A stretch of DNA of 64,000 nucleotides from an uncultured Polyangiaceae bacterium (GCA_964454965.1 CAYVXY010000002.1:49426-113425); one strand, 5' to 3'. Positions 44,785 to 54,737 are shown, counted from the stretch's first letter. A program made the numbers and translations. The notes: generated by a model from the letters alone, not told the origin.

Positions 44785-45870
44785 CTAGTACCGAGGACCG
44801 TCCTTCTGCGGCACGAACGGGGAAATCGGGCCAGAGCGACCATTGATGGTAGTGCCAGCGTAGGCGAAGCTCGGGGTGATACTGAGGAAGTCAGCGGGAA
44901 AGTTCAGGGTCGGCTTGGAGAGCTCGTCGAGCTTGGCGACGTGAGCTGTGGCGAGCGCGAGATTGGCTGCAGCCAGGTTGTCTTCGAGCTGCTTTTGGCT
45001 GCGAGCACCGAGGATGATCGAGGAGACTCCTGGCTTCTGCGCGAGCCAAGCGAGGGCTACGCGCGCGGGCGTCGAGTCGACCTCTCTGGCGATGGCGATC
45101 AGCGTATCGATGATGTCGTAGGTCTTGTCGGTGAGATTGCCTTCGGCCCAAGCACCACGGTCGGCCCTTTGGTTACCATGATTCTGACGCGTGTATTTGC
45201 CGGACAAGACGCCACTCTTGAGTGGTGACCAGGGAGTGATGCCGAGGCCGAGCTCGAGTGCCATGGGAACGAGCTCGCCTTCGATGGTGCGCTCCAGCAG
45301 CGAATACTCGACTTGCAGGGCCACAAGCGGCGCCCAGCCGCGAAAGCGCGCCAGCGTTTGCGCTTCTGCGCACTTCCAAGCAGGGGTGTCGGAGAAGCCG
45401 ATATAGCGTACTTTACCGCTCGTTACGAGGTCATCCAGCGTTCGCATGGTTTCCTCGATCGGAGTCGTCGCGTCCCAGGCGTGCATCCAATATAGATCGA
45501 TGTAGTCGGACTGCAGCCGTCGCAGTGAATTCTCCAAAGAGCCAATGATCGCCTTGCGATTGGCGCCTCCACTGTTCGGATCACCGGGGAACATGCCGCC
45601 AAAGAACTTGGTGGCGAGCACTACACGATCTCGTCGCGAACGGTGCTTGGAAAGGTGGTCACCGATGATTTTCTCGGAATGGCCGTACGTGTAAATATTG
45701 GCTGTATCGATGAAATTGCCGCCGCGCTCGAGGTAGTCGTCGATGATGGCGGTCGAAGTCTCGACGCTGGTGCCCCACCCGAGATCCTCGCCAAAGGTCA
45801 TGGCGCCCAGGCACAGGGGCGAAACCCGGAGCCCGGAGCGGCCCAGTGTAACGTAGTGATCTAACGGCAT
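44785..45870 (-). CDS. Aldo/keto reductase
   Basis: ATG 45870 preceded by GAGGAGG: MPLDHYVTLGRSGLRVSPLCLGAMTFG..GGNFIDTANIYT.GHSE..LATK..IDLYWMHAWD..RYIGFSD. Confidence 0.9.
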   Translation of the reverse strand: MPLDHYVTLGRSGLRVSPLCLGAMTFGEDLGWGTSVETSTAIIDDYLERGGNFIDTANIYTYGHSEKIIGDHLSKHRSRRDRVVLATKFFGGMFPGDPNSGGANRKAIIGSLENSLRRLQSDYIDLYWMHAWDATTPIEETMRTLDDLVTSGKVRYIGFSDTPAWKCAEAQTLARFRGWAPLVALQVEYSLLERTIEGELVPMALELGLGITPWSPLKSGVLSGKYTRQNHGNQRADRGAWAEGNLTDKTYDIIDTLIAIAREVDSTPARVALAWLAQKPGVSSIILGARSQKQLEDNLAAANLALATAHVAKLDELSKPTLNFPADFLSITPSFAYAGTTINGRSGPISPFVPQKDGPRY

Positions 45871-46139
45871 TTTCTGTCCTCCTCGTTGAAACGCGACGTC
45901 AGTCGCGAACGTCGCCGGGCGCAAACCCGAGCGGCAAGCAACATGGGGCTGCCCGAGCGCCATGTCCAGCTGGCGCCCCTGCGGCTCCGTCGGTTCTGGA
46001 TTTGGGGCAAATCCTTGGGAAGTGAGTGTGACGCTTTCGTCCTTCCGCGGTACCCGACCGTCTGGCGGCACAAATGTCTGTTGCAGACGGCGCAACGACC
46101 ACTTGCTGAGCGCGCATCACCCTGGAAAGCTTCAGCTGC

Positions 46140-46763
46140 ATGACCGACGCAAATTCGAAACATTGGAATGCGGTGTACTCCACCAAACAGTCAGACCAGG
46201 TAAGTTGGTTTAGGCCGCACCTAGAGCACTCGCTTTCGTTCGTCGACCGCTGCAATCTCGCGCCCGACGCGGGCATCATCGATGTCGGTGGAGGAGCCTC
46301 ATCCTTCGTCGACGATCTTCTTCATCGTGGGTACTCCAACCTGACCGTATTGGACATTTCCGTTGCCGCTCTGGAAGTCACCAGAAAGCGTCTTGGGGAA
46401 CTTTCGTCCGCAGTGTATTGGGTCCAGGCTGATGTCACGGAGGTCAGCCTGCCCAGCCAAAGCTACGCCTTTTGGCACGACCGAGCTGTGTTCCATTTTC
46501 TGACGCAGGCTGCTCAGCGCGAGAAGTACGTGACTGCCCTTCGTCGTGCCATAAAGCCCGGTGGGCAAGTCGTGATCGCAACATTTGGTCCCAATGGGCC
46601 CAAACAGTGCAGCGGACTCGACGTCCTGCGCATGAGCGCTGACGACATTCACACGGAACTCGGTGCAGCCTTTGCCTTGGTCGGCAGCGAGACAGAGATT
46701 CACTCCACGCCTTGGGGCTCAACTCAGGAGTTCACCTATTGCCACTGCCGATTTCTAGAGTAG
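46140..46763 (+). CDS. Class I SAM-dependent methyltransferase
   Basis: HWNAVY..; motif I GIIDVGGGASSFVDDLL; LTVLDISVAAL; FWHDRAVFHFL. Confidence 0.85.
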   Translation: MTDANSKHWNAVYSTKQSDQVSWFRPHLEHSLSFVDRCNLAPDAGIIDVGGGASSFVDDLLHRGYSNLTVLDISVAALEVTRKRLGELSSAVYWVQADVTEVSLPSQSYAFWHDRAVFHFLTQAAQREKYVTALRRAIKPGGQVVIATFGPNGPKQCSGLDVLRMSADDIHTELGAAFALVGSETEIHSTPWGSTQEFTYCHCRFLE

Positions 46764-46917
46764 CGTCTTCGACAAACGCTGCCCTGCAAGACGCGAGCCG
46801 CCAAGCTGCAAAGGCTGACGAATGCGCTCCGACGTATCGAGGTCACAACTCGACGACAAAACGCCCCTACGCCGCAGTCACGTCTGACTGGCACTAAGAA
46901 GCGTGAACAGTTCGAAT

Positions 46918-47904
46918 CTACTTCTTGGCGGGTGCGGCTGCCTTGGGTGCGGCAGGCTTGCCAGGCTCGGATTTGCCAGAGTCGGCATTCTTGACGACTT
47001 CAGTGACCTCCCAATCCGGCTGGGTGCGCGGTACGGACTTTACAGCCTCGACGACGGCCGCAAAGGTCTCCTTCTTGCCAAGGGTACCCGCCTGTGCTGC
47101 TTCCGCCAATTTGTCGTGAGCCACACAGAAGCGAGCAACGCTGTCTTTGGCGTCGAAGGTGCTGTTCTCGATGGCCACGACCCGAGCGAACACCTCGGAG
47201 TACACCATGCGGTCGACCACGGTGTCCGCCACGCAGATATTGTGGGTTTCGTAGGTGCCACAACGTCGAATCGCACGCGACATGCTCTTCTTGTCAACGT
47301 CTTTGCGGATCGTCGAAAGCTCGCGAAGTTGTGCGTCGAAATGGCTTCCTAGACTCGTGCACAAGGTCTTGATCGGTGGCGCCGCGTCTTGCACAACCTT
47401 CGCCAGATCGGGCTTGGTCGCCCCCGAAGCAGGAGCGGTACTCATCTGCCCGACCAGCTGCACGACAGCATCGCGTGCAGCCTGATCTTCGGCGTCGGAC
47501 CAGTTCGGATCATTGATGCCCGACAACGCCGCCTCGAGCTTGCCCGAAGTCTCAGCGTCCTCACCGGATGCCGCGCCAGAGAGCCGCTCACCGTATAGGG
47601 AAAGGGTCAGCAGGGCACGACGCCAGAGCAGGTCGTTCTTCTGCGCCTTGACACAGGTTTCGGCCAACGACTTGTCGACCCCACCCGCCTGAGATGCCAT
47701 CGCGTCCTTGAGCAAGCACACTTCAGCGTTGCGTGCCGCACCGTCGGAATGGATGCGGAGCCCTTGGGCCACGGTGCCAACTCCCACCCCAGACTTGACG
47801 GCGGATCCGCCGCAAGCAGTCAACGCGACGGACAGTGCGGCAGCACCGAACGAGGCAGTCCAGTCGTGATGGGAGATGAGACGGCATGGGTTGGAGCGAG
47901 TCAT
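46918..47904 (-). CDS. Hypothetical lipoprotein with Lys/Pro/Ala-rich C-terminus
   Basis: ATG 47904: MTRSNPCRLISHHDWTASFGAAALSVALTACGG. The C-terminal tail is KSEPGKPAAPKAAAPAKK. Confidence 0.6.
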   Translation of the reverse strand: MTRSNPCRLISHHDWTASFGAAALSVALTACGGSAVKSGVGVGTVAQGLRIHSDGAARNAEVCLLKDAMASQAGGVDKSLAETCVKAQKNDLLWRRALLTLSLYGERLSGAASGEDAETSGKLEAALSGINDPNWSDAEDQAARDAVVQLVGQMSTAPASGATKPDLAKVVQDAAPPIKTLCTSLGSHFDAQLRELSTIRKDVDKKSMSRAIRRCGTYETHNICVADTVVDRMVYSEVFARVVAIENSTFDAKDSVARFCVAHDKLAEAAQAGTLGKKETFAAVVEAVKSVPRTQPDWEVTEVVKNADSGKSEPGKPAAPKAAAPAKK

Positions 47905-47984
47905 GGTGCCGTCATACACCATTTGGTTTTTACCCGCAGCAATATGGATCAAATGCCGGGGTTTCCGGCAGCTTCTTTGGGCTT

Positions 47985-48602
47985 TCAGAAGCAGGTCCAT
48001 TGATTGGACTGCCTGCTGCAGAAACACAGAGTGCCACCACTGGGCGCACACGTGGTAGCGGCCGCACTGTCACAGGCGGTGCCATCCGCAGTTCCAACTG
48101 GGCAGGCACCACCGACGACCGCTGCCACACACTCAGCCAGATCGCAGCTCAGTTGACCGTTGGTACAGTTGCAGCTGTAGTTCGCCGTTGCGACCCCAGG
48201 ACAGACCGCGCTGCAATCCGCGGTACAAGTGCCACCGTCCATGCAGGTCGGATCGATGGTAGCAAAACCTGCCGTCGCTGCTCCGCCAATGCCCAGGGCG
48301 CGGCCACCAACACCGCTTGCGCGGCCACCAACACCGCTCGCGCGGCCACCAACACCGCTCGCGCGACCGCCTGTTGCAGTCGACGAAGAACCACCGCGGG
48401 TTGCATTGGCCCCTCCGCTGCCTGTACTCGCACCACCACGCGTCACCGTGCCCGTGGTAGCTCCTCCAACGGTGGCGTTCGTCGCGCCTCCGGTACCGCT
48501 AGCGTCAACGGCGCCGTCCTCTTCGCTGCCACAAGCAACGAAGCTTACTGCGGCAAGACCTATGACAATGAGAAGAGCGGCGCTCGCATTCGATGAATTC
48601 AT
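47985..48602 (-). CDS. Lipoprotein with a Gly-rich repeat linker and a Cys-rich C-terminal domain
   Basis: MNSSNASAALLIVIGLAAVSFVACGS; (GGRASGV)x3; the C-terminal ~90 aa contain about 14 Cys. Confidence 0.7.
   Translation of the reverse strand: MNSSNASAALLIVIGLAAVSFVACGSEEDGAVDASGTGGATNATVGGATTGTVTRGGASTGSGGANATRGGSSSTATGGRASGVGGRASGVGGRASGVGGRALGIGGAATAGFATIDPTCMDGGTCTADCSAVCPGVATANYSCNCTNGQLSCDLAECVAAVVGGACPVGTADGTACDSAAATTCAPSGGTLCFCSRQSNQWTCF
48299..48361. repeat. 21-bp in-frame tandem repeat x3 inside CDS 47985-48602
   Basis: GCGCGGCCACCAACACCGCT(T/C) at 48299-48319, 48320-48340 and 48341-48361. It encodes GGRASGV x3 on the minus strand. Confidence 0.9.
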
Positions 48603-48751
48603 TCAGTCCTCCGGCTCCGATGTGCTGCGATTGCTGGAATAGATGGACAAACTCCCACTACCGACGCGTGACGGCGCGAAGTTGAAAGAGAGCCTGTTGG
48701 TCTACGGTGCCCTAGCGATCACCAAACGGCTCACGGCGTGGACGCAATCCC

Positions 48752-49915
48752 TTACCAGCCAATTGGGCGGGCTTCCATGCCCAGGGCGAGCATTGTGTAC
48801 GGTTGGCCCCAGGTTCTAACTACGCGGTCGGCAAACGCGATGCTCACCTCGGGATAGGACAGCCCGCCGAGCAACGCTCCAAAGGCGTTCCAGTTGGGGC
48901 CCAGCCGCACCCCAATACGCAAGTACGAGTGAACTGCCACAGTGCTCACCGTGTCGCTTGCCTTGCCGTACCCGGGCTGCGCCTGCCGTCCTTGCGTCAT
49001 GGTGAAAAGCTCAGCGCACCCGAGACCGGCCGCAACCGATCCGAGAGGCCGCTGCAGCAACGATGCCTCGACAGCGACCCCAATCGCGCTCGAAGAAACA
49101 CGCGCGCTGCCCTGAACCTCGACTACGGAGTATGAGGTGATGGGAAGCAGACCCATTGCGGCGATGGACCACCGCGGCGAAAGCTCGAGCCTTGCCCCAG
49201 CCCAACCCGCCAGCCCAATCCCCAATCCCCCCGGACTTCCCACGACTGTTGGTGCCAGCTGCAACCACAAGCCCTGAGTTGACGGCGGCAACGCTCCATT
49301 GGCTCGCTGTTTCGAAGTAGGAATGGTAGCAACGCGAGCCGCGCGATGTTCGACGCCTGGCTCTTGCGGTTTCGATACGCGAAGCGCAAGGCCGGTCGTC
49401 GCGCTGCTGCTCACGTTTGGTGGTGCTGGTGCTGCCGTTGGGCCGAGCTCCAAGCCATGCGCACGCAAGGCTTCAGTCGTGCGCAACGCCAAAATCCGAC
49501 CGTCAAGTTGACCGTCCTCGCTGCGCAGAATTTCATCAACGTTGCCCCAGGTTCGACCAATGTGGATCTCGATCTGACCCACTTGGGGCTCGACGCGCAA
49601 CGCCGCCATTGCCGCGTGATCGGACGAAAGCGTTGCCAACGACTCACGCGGACCAGTTCCATCCTGCCAACCTACTTCGATGATTCGCCAACCGTAGGCA
49701 TGCAGCTCCGCGCGAACATGGTTCATGACCGCGTCGTCGCCGGCCGTACGCACGAGTAGAATCGTCTTGGCCGCGAGTTCGTCTCGGTTGCTTTGGCGCT
49801 GAACCGAAGGCTCGCTAGTCCGTGCCTCGCCATCGGTCGCGGGCGCAGTCGCTCCGTGTCTTGAGGTAAGCAACAGAGTCGCGGCGAACGAAAGGCAGAC
49901 GGCTCTTCGGACCAC
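48752..49915 (-). CDS. Secreted protein with a beta-barrel-like C-terminal half
   Basis: ORF 48752-50056. GTG 49915 gives a clean signal peptide (VRRAVCLSFAATLLLTS) and avoids overlapping the upstream gene. The C-terminal half has alternating hydrophobic strands and ends ...MEARPIGW (aromatic terminus). Confidence 0.55.
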   Translation of the reverse strand: MVRRAVCLSFAATLLLTSRHGATAPATDGEARTSEPSVQRQSNRDELAAKTILLVRTAGDDAVMNHVRAELHAYGWRIIEVGWQDGTGPRESLATLSSDHAAMAALRVEPQVGQIEIHIGRTWGNVDEILRSEDGQLDGRILALRTTEALRAHGLELGPTAAPAPPNVSSSATTGLALRVSKPQEPGVEHRAARVATIPTSKQRANGALPPSTQGLWLQLAPTVVGSPGGLGIGLAGWAGARLELSPRWSIAAMGLLPITSYSVVEVQGSARVSSSAIGVAVEASLLQRPLGSVAAGLGCAELFTMTQGRQAQPGYGKASDTVSTVAVHSYLRIGVRLGPNWNAFGALLGGLSYPEVSIAFADRVVRTWGQPYTMLALGMEARPIGW

Positions 49916-49961
49916 AGCGCAGATCCCTTGCCGTGGGTAACCTCTCGGTGCAGGGCGCCGA

Positions 49962-51236
49962 TCAGCGTGCCTGGACGATGCGCTGCGCGAGCTCGGCATG
50001 CGGCCCCGCAGGATAGTCGCGTAGATAGCTCGTGGCGAGACTTCTTGCTTCGTCACTGCCGGAGCGCTGCAACGCCTCCATCAGCCGACCGCGGGCCTCG
50101 CGGATCAGTGGCCCTTTGGGATTCTCCTTGACGTAGGTCCGGAACCAATCTGCCGCCTTCGCGAAATCACCCCAATGGTCAAATTCGAGAACACCCAGGG
50201 AAAAGGCCGCCACCCCCGCATGACTTGTGCCGAAGAAACGCTGGCGCACCAGCGAAAATGCCTGCCGGGCCTTGTTGGGCTCACGAGCATGACGCGCCGT
50301 GTCGCCAAGCAGCACGAGTTCGTCGGCCCGCGCCCGAGCGCATTCTGCCATGAATCCCAAACGATCGACCGCCACAAGGGCGTCTTTGTACCTACCTTGC
50401 TCGGCCAACGACTTCCATTCGACTTCTACGGGGACCGCGCTCGAGGCACCGGTGAATGCCGCCGCTGCCTTGGGCATCGCCACCGACGTCTGTGCCCGAG
50501 CGTCGCTCGTTACTTCGGGAACAGGGGGAACCGGGACGGGGCTTGGTGGTGCGTTGGTCCCACCTGCCACCGCAACCCCAGAGCTGAATGAAACTTCCAC
50601 TGCACCATCGCGACAGGACGCGCGAACCGTCTGCCCAGCCACGAGCTTGCGCCCGTCACCAAAGCCACAACCAGCAAGTTCTACTTGCCCCTCGTTGAGG
50701 ACCAACTCGAATTGATCCTCATTCGGCCGCCAGCTGAGGTCGAACCGCGTCCCAGTCACGCGCACGATGAATGGTCCAGCGCGCAACTCCCAACGCCGAT
50801 TTTCGCCATGCGCCACTTCGACGCCAGCGCCCCCGGATTCGAGCGCCAACAGTGCCCCTCGATTGCCGAGCTCGAGCAAGCGCAATCTTGCACGCGGAGC
50901 TACCTCCACGCGCGTTCCGTCGGAGAACCGCAGCGGCAGTGACGCGGTCTCTGGCGCATCGAGCCAAGCGCCACTCGACACCGGAATGCTCGATACGCCT
51001 GCGGTGGCCGTCAACCGAGGAGGCTGACGGGACACCCAGGAGAATGCAACTGCGGCACTTGCTGCGGCGCAGCAACCGGCCAAGGCGAGTGCCGTCCAGG
51101 GTGACCAATGCCGCGTTTGACGCTGGCTCTTCACCGTCTCCAAGCGTCGGCGCACCAACGCACGCCGATGGCCAGCAACGAGAAGGGCATCTTCTTCGCG
51201 GGCAACCTGACTGAGAAGTTGGTCGAGATTCGTCAT
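49962..51236 (-). CDS. FecR-domain anti-sigma-like protein with a TPR-like C-terminus
   Basis: One TM segment (WTALALAGCCAAASAAVAF). The FecR-like stretch is LRFSDGTRVEVAPRARLRLL..GAGVEVAH..ELRAGPFIVRVTGTRFDLSW. The start overlaps the ECF sigma stop (ATGA at 51233-51236). Confidence 0.8.
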   Translation of the reverse strand: MTNLDQLLSQVAREEDALLVAGHRRALVRRRLETVKSQRQTRHWSPWTALALAGCCAAASAAVAFSWVSRQPPRLTATAGVSSIPVSSGAWLDAPETASLPLRFSDGTRVEVAPRARLRLLELGNRGALLALESGGAGVEVAHGENRRWELRAGPFIVRVTGTRFDLSWRPNEDQFELVLNEGQVELAGCGFGDGRKLVAGQTVRASCRDGAVEVSFSSGVAVAGGTNAPPSPVPVPPVPEVTSDARAQTSVAMPKAAAAFTGASSAVPVEVEWKSLAEQGRYKDALVAVDRLGFMAECARARADELVLLGDTARHAREPNKARQAFSLVRQRFFGTSHAGVAAFSLGVLEFDHWGDFAKAADWFRTYVKENPKGPLIREARGRLMEALQRSGSDEARSLATSYLRDYPAGPHAELAQRIVQAR

Positions 51237-51886
51237 CGTTGCAGCGTCCCTCGCTCAAGCCATTCGGCTAGGGTTTCGTCCTTCTGCGCCAATTCCACGA
51301 ACGTACGCTGCCCGCGGGACAGCCGTCGTTTCACCGTAGCTAGGGACACGCCGGTTGCCTGCGCTATTGCCAGAAGCTCCATCCCGTCGATTTGCCGCAG
51401 CGTAAATACGATGCGTTCCTCCGTTGGCAAGCGCCAGAGCAACAGATACGTCTGGCGCAGAGCGTCACTGACCTCGTGGTTCGGTGTCGTCGCCATGCGA
51501 TCGGGTAGGTCCAAAGGAGCCACGAACTGCACGAGCCGCCGAATCTTGCGCCGTCGGATCAACCGGCGCGCCTTGTGCACCGCAATCCCAGTGATCCAGC
51601 TTCTCAGTGCGTTGTCGTCGCGCAATGAACCGATGGAAGTCATGGCAGCGATGAAGACATCGTGCAGAACGTCCGTCATCTCTGGATCTGGACCCAGAAT
51701 GCGGCAAAGAATTCGCTCGACGTCGGCCGAATAGCGATCGAACAAGACCGTTTGACCGCGTTCGGGCTCACTACGCAAGCAGGCAACGAGAGCCGCTTCC
51801 GTTTCGGGAACGGGTAACCGAACGACGTTGCCAAACACCTCGCCTGGTTGACGTTCAGGCTTGTGGACCGGGGTGCGCGACGACAT
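51233..51886 (-). CDS. ECF-type sigma-70 family sigma factor
   Basis: Region 2: VLFDRYSADVERILCRILG..DVLHDVFIAAM..LRSWITGIAVHKARRLIRRR. Region 4: ERIVFTLRQIDGMELLAIAQATGVSLATVKRRLSRG. Confidence 0.9.
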   Translation of the reverse strand: MSSRTPVHKPERQPGEVFGNVVRLPVPETEAALVACLRSEPERGQTVLFDRYSADVERILCRILGPDPEMTDVLHDVFIAAMTSIGSLRDDNALRSWITGIAVHKARRLIRRRKIRRLVQFVAPLDLPDRMATTPNHEVSDALRQTYLLLWRLPTEERIVFTLRQIDGMELLAIAQATGVSLATVKRRLSRGQRTFVELAQKDETLAEWLERGTLQR

Positions 51887-52070
51887 GAGATAGAACCCGT
51901 ACGGGTTAGAGTGCCGCGGCCCTGTCCACGTGGCTCACTTGGCGAATCTCCGCAGGAACACGGCTTGGCCCTTTACCCGTTTCCGTTGGGCCAATTGCAG
52001 GGCAGCCACAGGTTTCCACGATCAACTGGCTCCGCATCGTGCGCGCATTGCCACAAACGCGACGCGGTGA

Positions 52071-52778
52071 TCAGCTAACGAGGTAGATCGTCCAATAGCC
52101 CTGGGTCAAGTCGCCGGATTCGGCAAAGCCAATTCCAACAACGGAAAAATGAGGCCCCAGCAGATTCTGGCAGTTGACCCCGCCGCTTTGCACGATTTGC
52201 TCTAAGAAGGCGGGGACATCAAGCGTTGCCAAGGGCTCGGACACGAGTGTGATTTCGGTGAGCGGCTCCGAGGGCAAGTCCCAAGTGCCCTCGGACATGG
52301 CCTGAGAACGCAATCGCGCCAGACAATGCAGCGATCCCGACATGGCCAGCCGCTGCGCCCAAACCCCCGAACTGCCCGCGCAAGCGGTGCCGCTCAGACG
52401 CAAGGCATTTAATACAGTCAGCAGGTCTTGTTCGACTTCCGCAACAGCGCTGCAATTCAGAACGGCGTCTTCGAGCCGACCCCGCGTAACGCCGGGGTCA
52501 TCGAGCCCAACGTTTCCCCCGGGCCCGACGTTTCCCTCGGGCCCGCCGAGGCCAGCGCCGCCATTGCTACCTACCGAAGTCGAGCCCGCGCTGCCCTGAG
52601 CTGGACTGCCGGTGCTCGAACCGTTGGCGCGGATGGGCCGCGCTATGCCGTCTCCACAACCCGCTGCAAGAACGCTGCAGAAGAGCCAACTCGCGATCGA
52701 ATTGCCAGCAACGAGACCCCCGAACGCGCGCGACCCTCGATTCGACGTCGATTCCGCAGTGGTGTTTCGCAACGACAT
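52071..52778 (-). CDS. Lipoprotein, possibly CAP/SCP-like domain
   Basis: Lipobox SVLAAGCG, then a Gly/Ser/Asn linker. The C-terminal part has LLTVLNALRLSG...NLLGPHFSVVGIGFAESGDLTQGYWTIYLVS, which is reminiscent of bacterial CAP domains (weak). Confidence 0.55.
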   Translation of the reverse strand: MSLRNTTAESTSNRGSRAFGGLVAGNSIASWLFCSVLAAGCGDGIARPIRANGSSTGSPAQGSAGSTSVGSNGGAGLGGPEGNVGPGGNVGLDDPGVTRGRLEDAVLNCSAVAEVEQDLLTVLNALRLSGTACAGSSGVWAQRLAMSGSLHCLARLRSQAMSEGTWDLPSEPLTEITLVSEPLATLDVPAFLEQIVQSGGVNCQNLLGPHFSVVGIGFAESGDLTQGYWTIYLVS

Positions 52779-52998
52779 GCAGCGTCCCAGTGTAGCGCAG
52801 GTGTACGAAATGAAAACCTAAGCCAAATACCCTCCAATTTGCCGGCCTAGCGCGATTCTTTGGTCTTTTGTGGCGCGGTAACGGCGAGCCCCGCTTCGAG
52901 CCTGGGAACCATCTTCAAGTCGACAACCTCGTGATGGTTGGGCCCCCGTCACCAACTTGCGGAGGAAGCCATGAGCTTTCGACGCTGTGGACGATCCT

Positions 52999-54246
52999 CT
53001 ACAACTTGGACTGGACGACGAACTGGGAGATGGGGATCTTGAGCTCTACTACCCCTTCAGCCACCAAGCGGGCCATCTGGTAGGCGCCTTCCGTCGAGAA
53101 GTGCAGCGGATCGGTCCCGTTCAATATGATGGTCGACATGACGGCGGCGTCGCCGATGCTTGTGTAGTAGGCAAGGCCCTTGCTTTGCACATCGATGAGC
53201 AGGGTGTTAGTTTCCGCGGCAACGGCCTTGATGGCATCGCAGTATGCAGCAAAACCGTTCTGGAAGACACCGTTGACGTATTGATGGCGCGGCGTCGGCG
53301 TGAGCAAAACTGGTATGGCGTTCTTGCTGCGCGCGCCGTCAATGTACTGCTTCAAGTAGGTTCTGAATGTGGTGGCAGGGTCAGTGGCCCGACCCTCACC
53401 GGCCACGGCTCGGTCGTTGATGCCCCATTGGGCAAACAGGTAATCGCCGGGCTTTATCACCGCCAAGATCTCATCCAACCGTCCTTCAGTAATGAATGAC
53501 AGGGAGCTTCTGCCGCCCATGGCCTTGTTCACGATGAGCACGTCACTGGTGCTGGTAAAGAATTCTTGAAACCGCTGCCCCCACCCCTGCTGAGGAGCTT
53601 GGCTAGCGGCATAGGTTTGGCAGGTCGAGTCTCCCGCCAAATACACCTTGGGCGTGCCCGTCGCTATGGGGTACGTGCTGGCGCCCGCAGCGCCGCCGGC
53701 AGCCTTGCCACCCGTTGCGACCGTGCCACCTGCTTGTGTGCCGCCGGCAGCTTTGCCGCCTGATGCGACGGTACCGCCCGATTGCGTGCCGCCAACCGCT
53801 TTGCCACCCGTTGCGACGGTACCGCCCGATTGCGTGCCGCCAACCGCTTTGCCACCCGTTGCGACGGTACCGCCCGATTGCGTGCCGCCAACCGCTTTGC
53901 CGCCCGTTGCGACGGTACCTCCTGTAGCGATTGATCCGCCCGACGCTGCAGTGGCGCCTCCCTCGGATCCCCCACCATTGCCGACCGTACCACTGCTGCT
54001 TGACGATGAGCCAGCGGCAGACAGACTTCCACCGGTGTATAGGCCACTGTTCGATGCTCCACCCGTGACTGGCGAATGGCCACCGACTCCGATCATGCTA
54101 CCGCTGTCGGTAGGACTCGTTCCACCCGAGGCTCCGCCATTGGCGGTCTGAAGTGCCTCATTGCCGGCGCCACTGCAAGCAGTGCCGCCAAGCAGACTAG
54201 CGGTGAGTAGAGCTAGAACAGAAATCCTTCGCTTTGCCGATTTCAT
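52999..54246 (-). CDS. SGNH-hydrolase lipoprotein (rhamnogalacturonan-acetylesterase-like) with a tandem-repeat linker
   Basis: ATG 54246: MKSAKRRISVLALLTASLLGGTACSG. Repeats GGTQSGGTVATGGKAV follow. SGNH blocks: VYLAGDSTCQTY, NKAMGGRSS, FAQWGINDR, DPLHFSTEGA. Confidence 0.85.
   Translation of the reverse strand: MKSAKRRISVLALLTASLLGGTACSGAGNEALQTANGGASGGTSPTDSGSMIGVGGHSPVTGGASNSGLYTGGSLSAAGSSSSSSGTVGNGGGSEGGATAASGGSIATGGTVATGGKAVGGTQSGGTVATGGKAVGGTQSGGTVATGGKAVGGTQSGGTVASGGKAAGGTQAGGTVATGGKAAGGAAGASTYPIATGTPKVYLAGDSTCQTYAASQAPQQGWGQRFQEFFTSTSDVLIVNKAMGGRSSLSFITEGRLDEILAVIKPGDYLFAQWGINDRAVAGEGRATDPATTFRTYLKQYIDGARSKNAIPVLLTPTPRHQYVNGVFQNGFAAYCDAIKAVAAETNTLLIDVQSKGLAYYTSIGDAAVMSTIILNGTDPLHFSTEGAYQMARLVAEGVVELKIPISQFVVQSKL
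53674..53930. repeat. 48-bp in-frame tandem repeat (about 5 copies) inside CDS 52999-54246
   Basis: GGTACCGCCCGATTGCGTGCCGCCAACCGCTTTGCCACCCGTTGCGAC is identical at 53770-53817 and 53818-53865. There is one mismatch at 53866-53913. Two diverged copies lie upstream (53674-53769). Confidence 0.9.
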
Positions 54247-54737
54247 TTTTGGTCCCTCGCGAGCACGAGATCCACACGAGTCCGGGTGAACTGACCCGTC
54301 AGACTCAGCTGCCGGTCGTGATAACAAGATTGTCTGATGAGCAATCGCGATCCGCCAGAGCACGCACACTCATGATTCAATTTGCCATAGCTAGATAGCG
54401 GACTTCAGTTCTACTCGCGCAGTCAATGCATAGTAGTCTCTCGCGACCACAATCAGTCAGCGATGCGTGTGGATTTTTCCTTCAGCGGAGTCTGCCACCG
54501 GGCCGCTACGTCACGCAGGGGGTCCAGGGCCGGCCCCGGTCCATCTTCTTGGGCTCTCCGGGCGCAATCGCCGCTCCTGTCGCGGCCCCCGTGGCCAAGA
54601 CGCGGGTAATTTCCCGGAAAAGGCAAAGACGGAGGGGTGACCTTGCGGTCCTGTCGCGTGGAAGTCTGCTTTCGTCGGCTCAATGGGACCGAGTCTCGCT
54701 ACTGGTTGGAACGGGCGTCTGCTTATGCAAGCCTTTC

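Noticed and set aside
54511-54737. C-terminal ~75 codons of ORF 54511-55536
   Set aside because: This is the out-of-frame continuation after the frameshift in the transposase gene. It is low-complexity Arg/Pro/Gly text.
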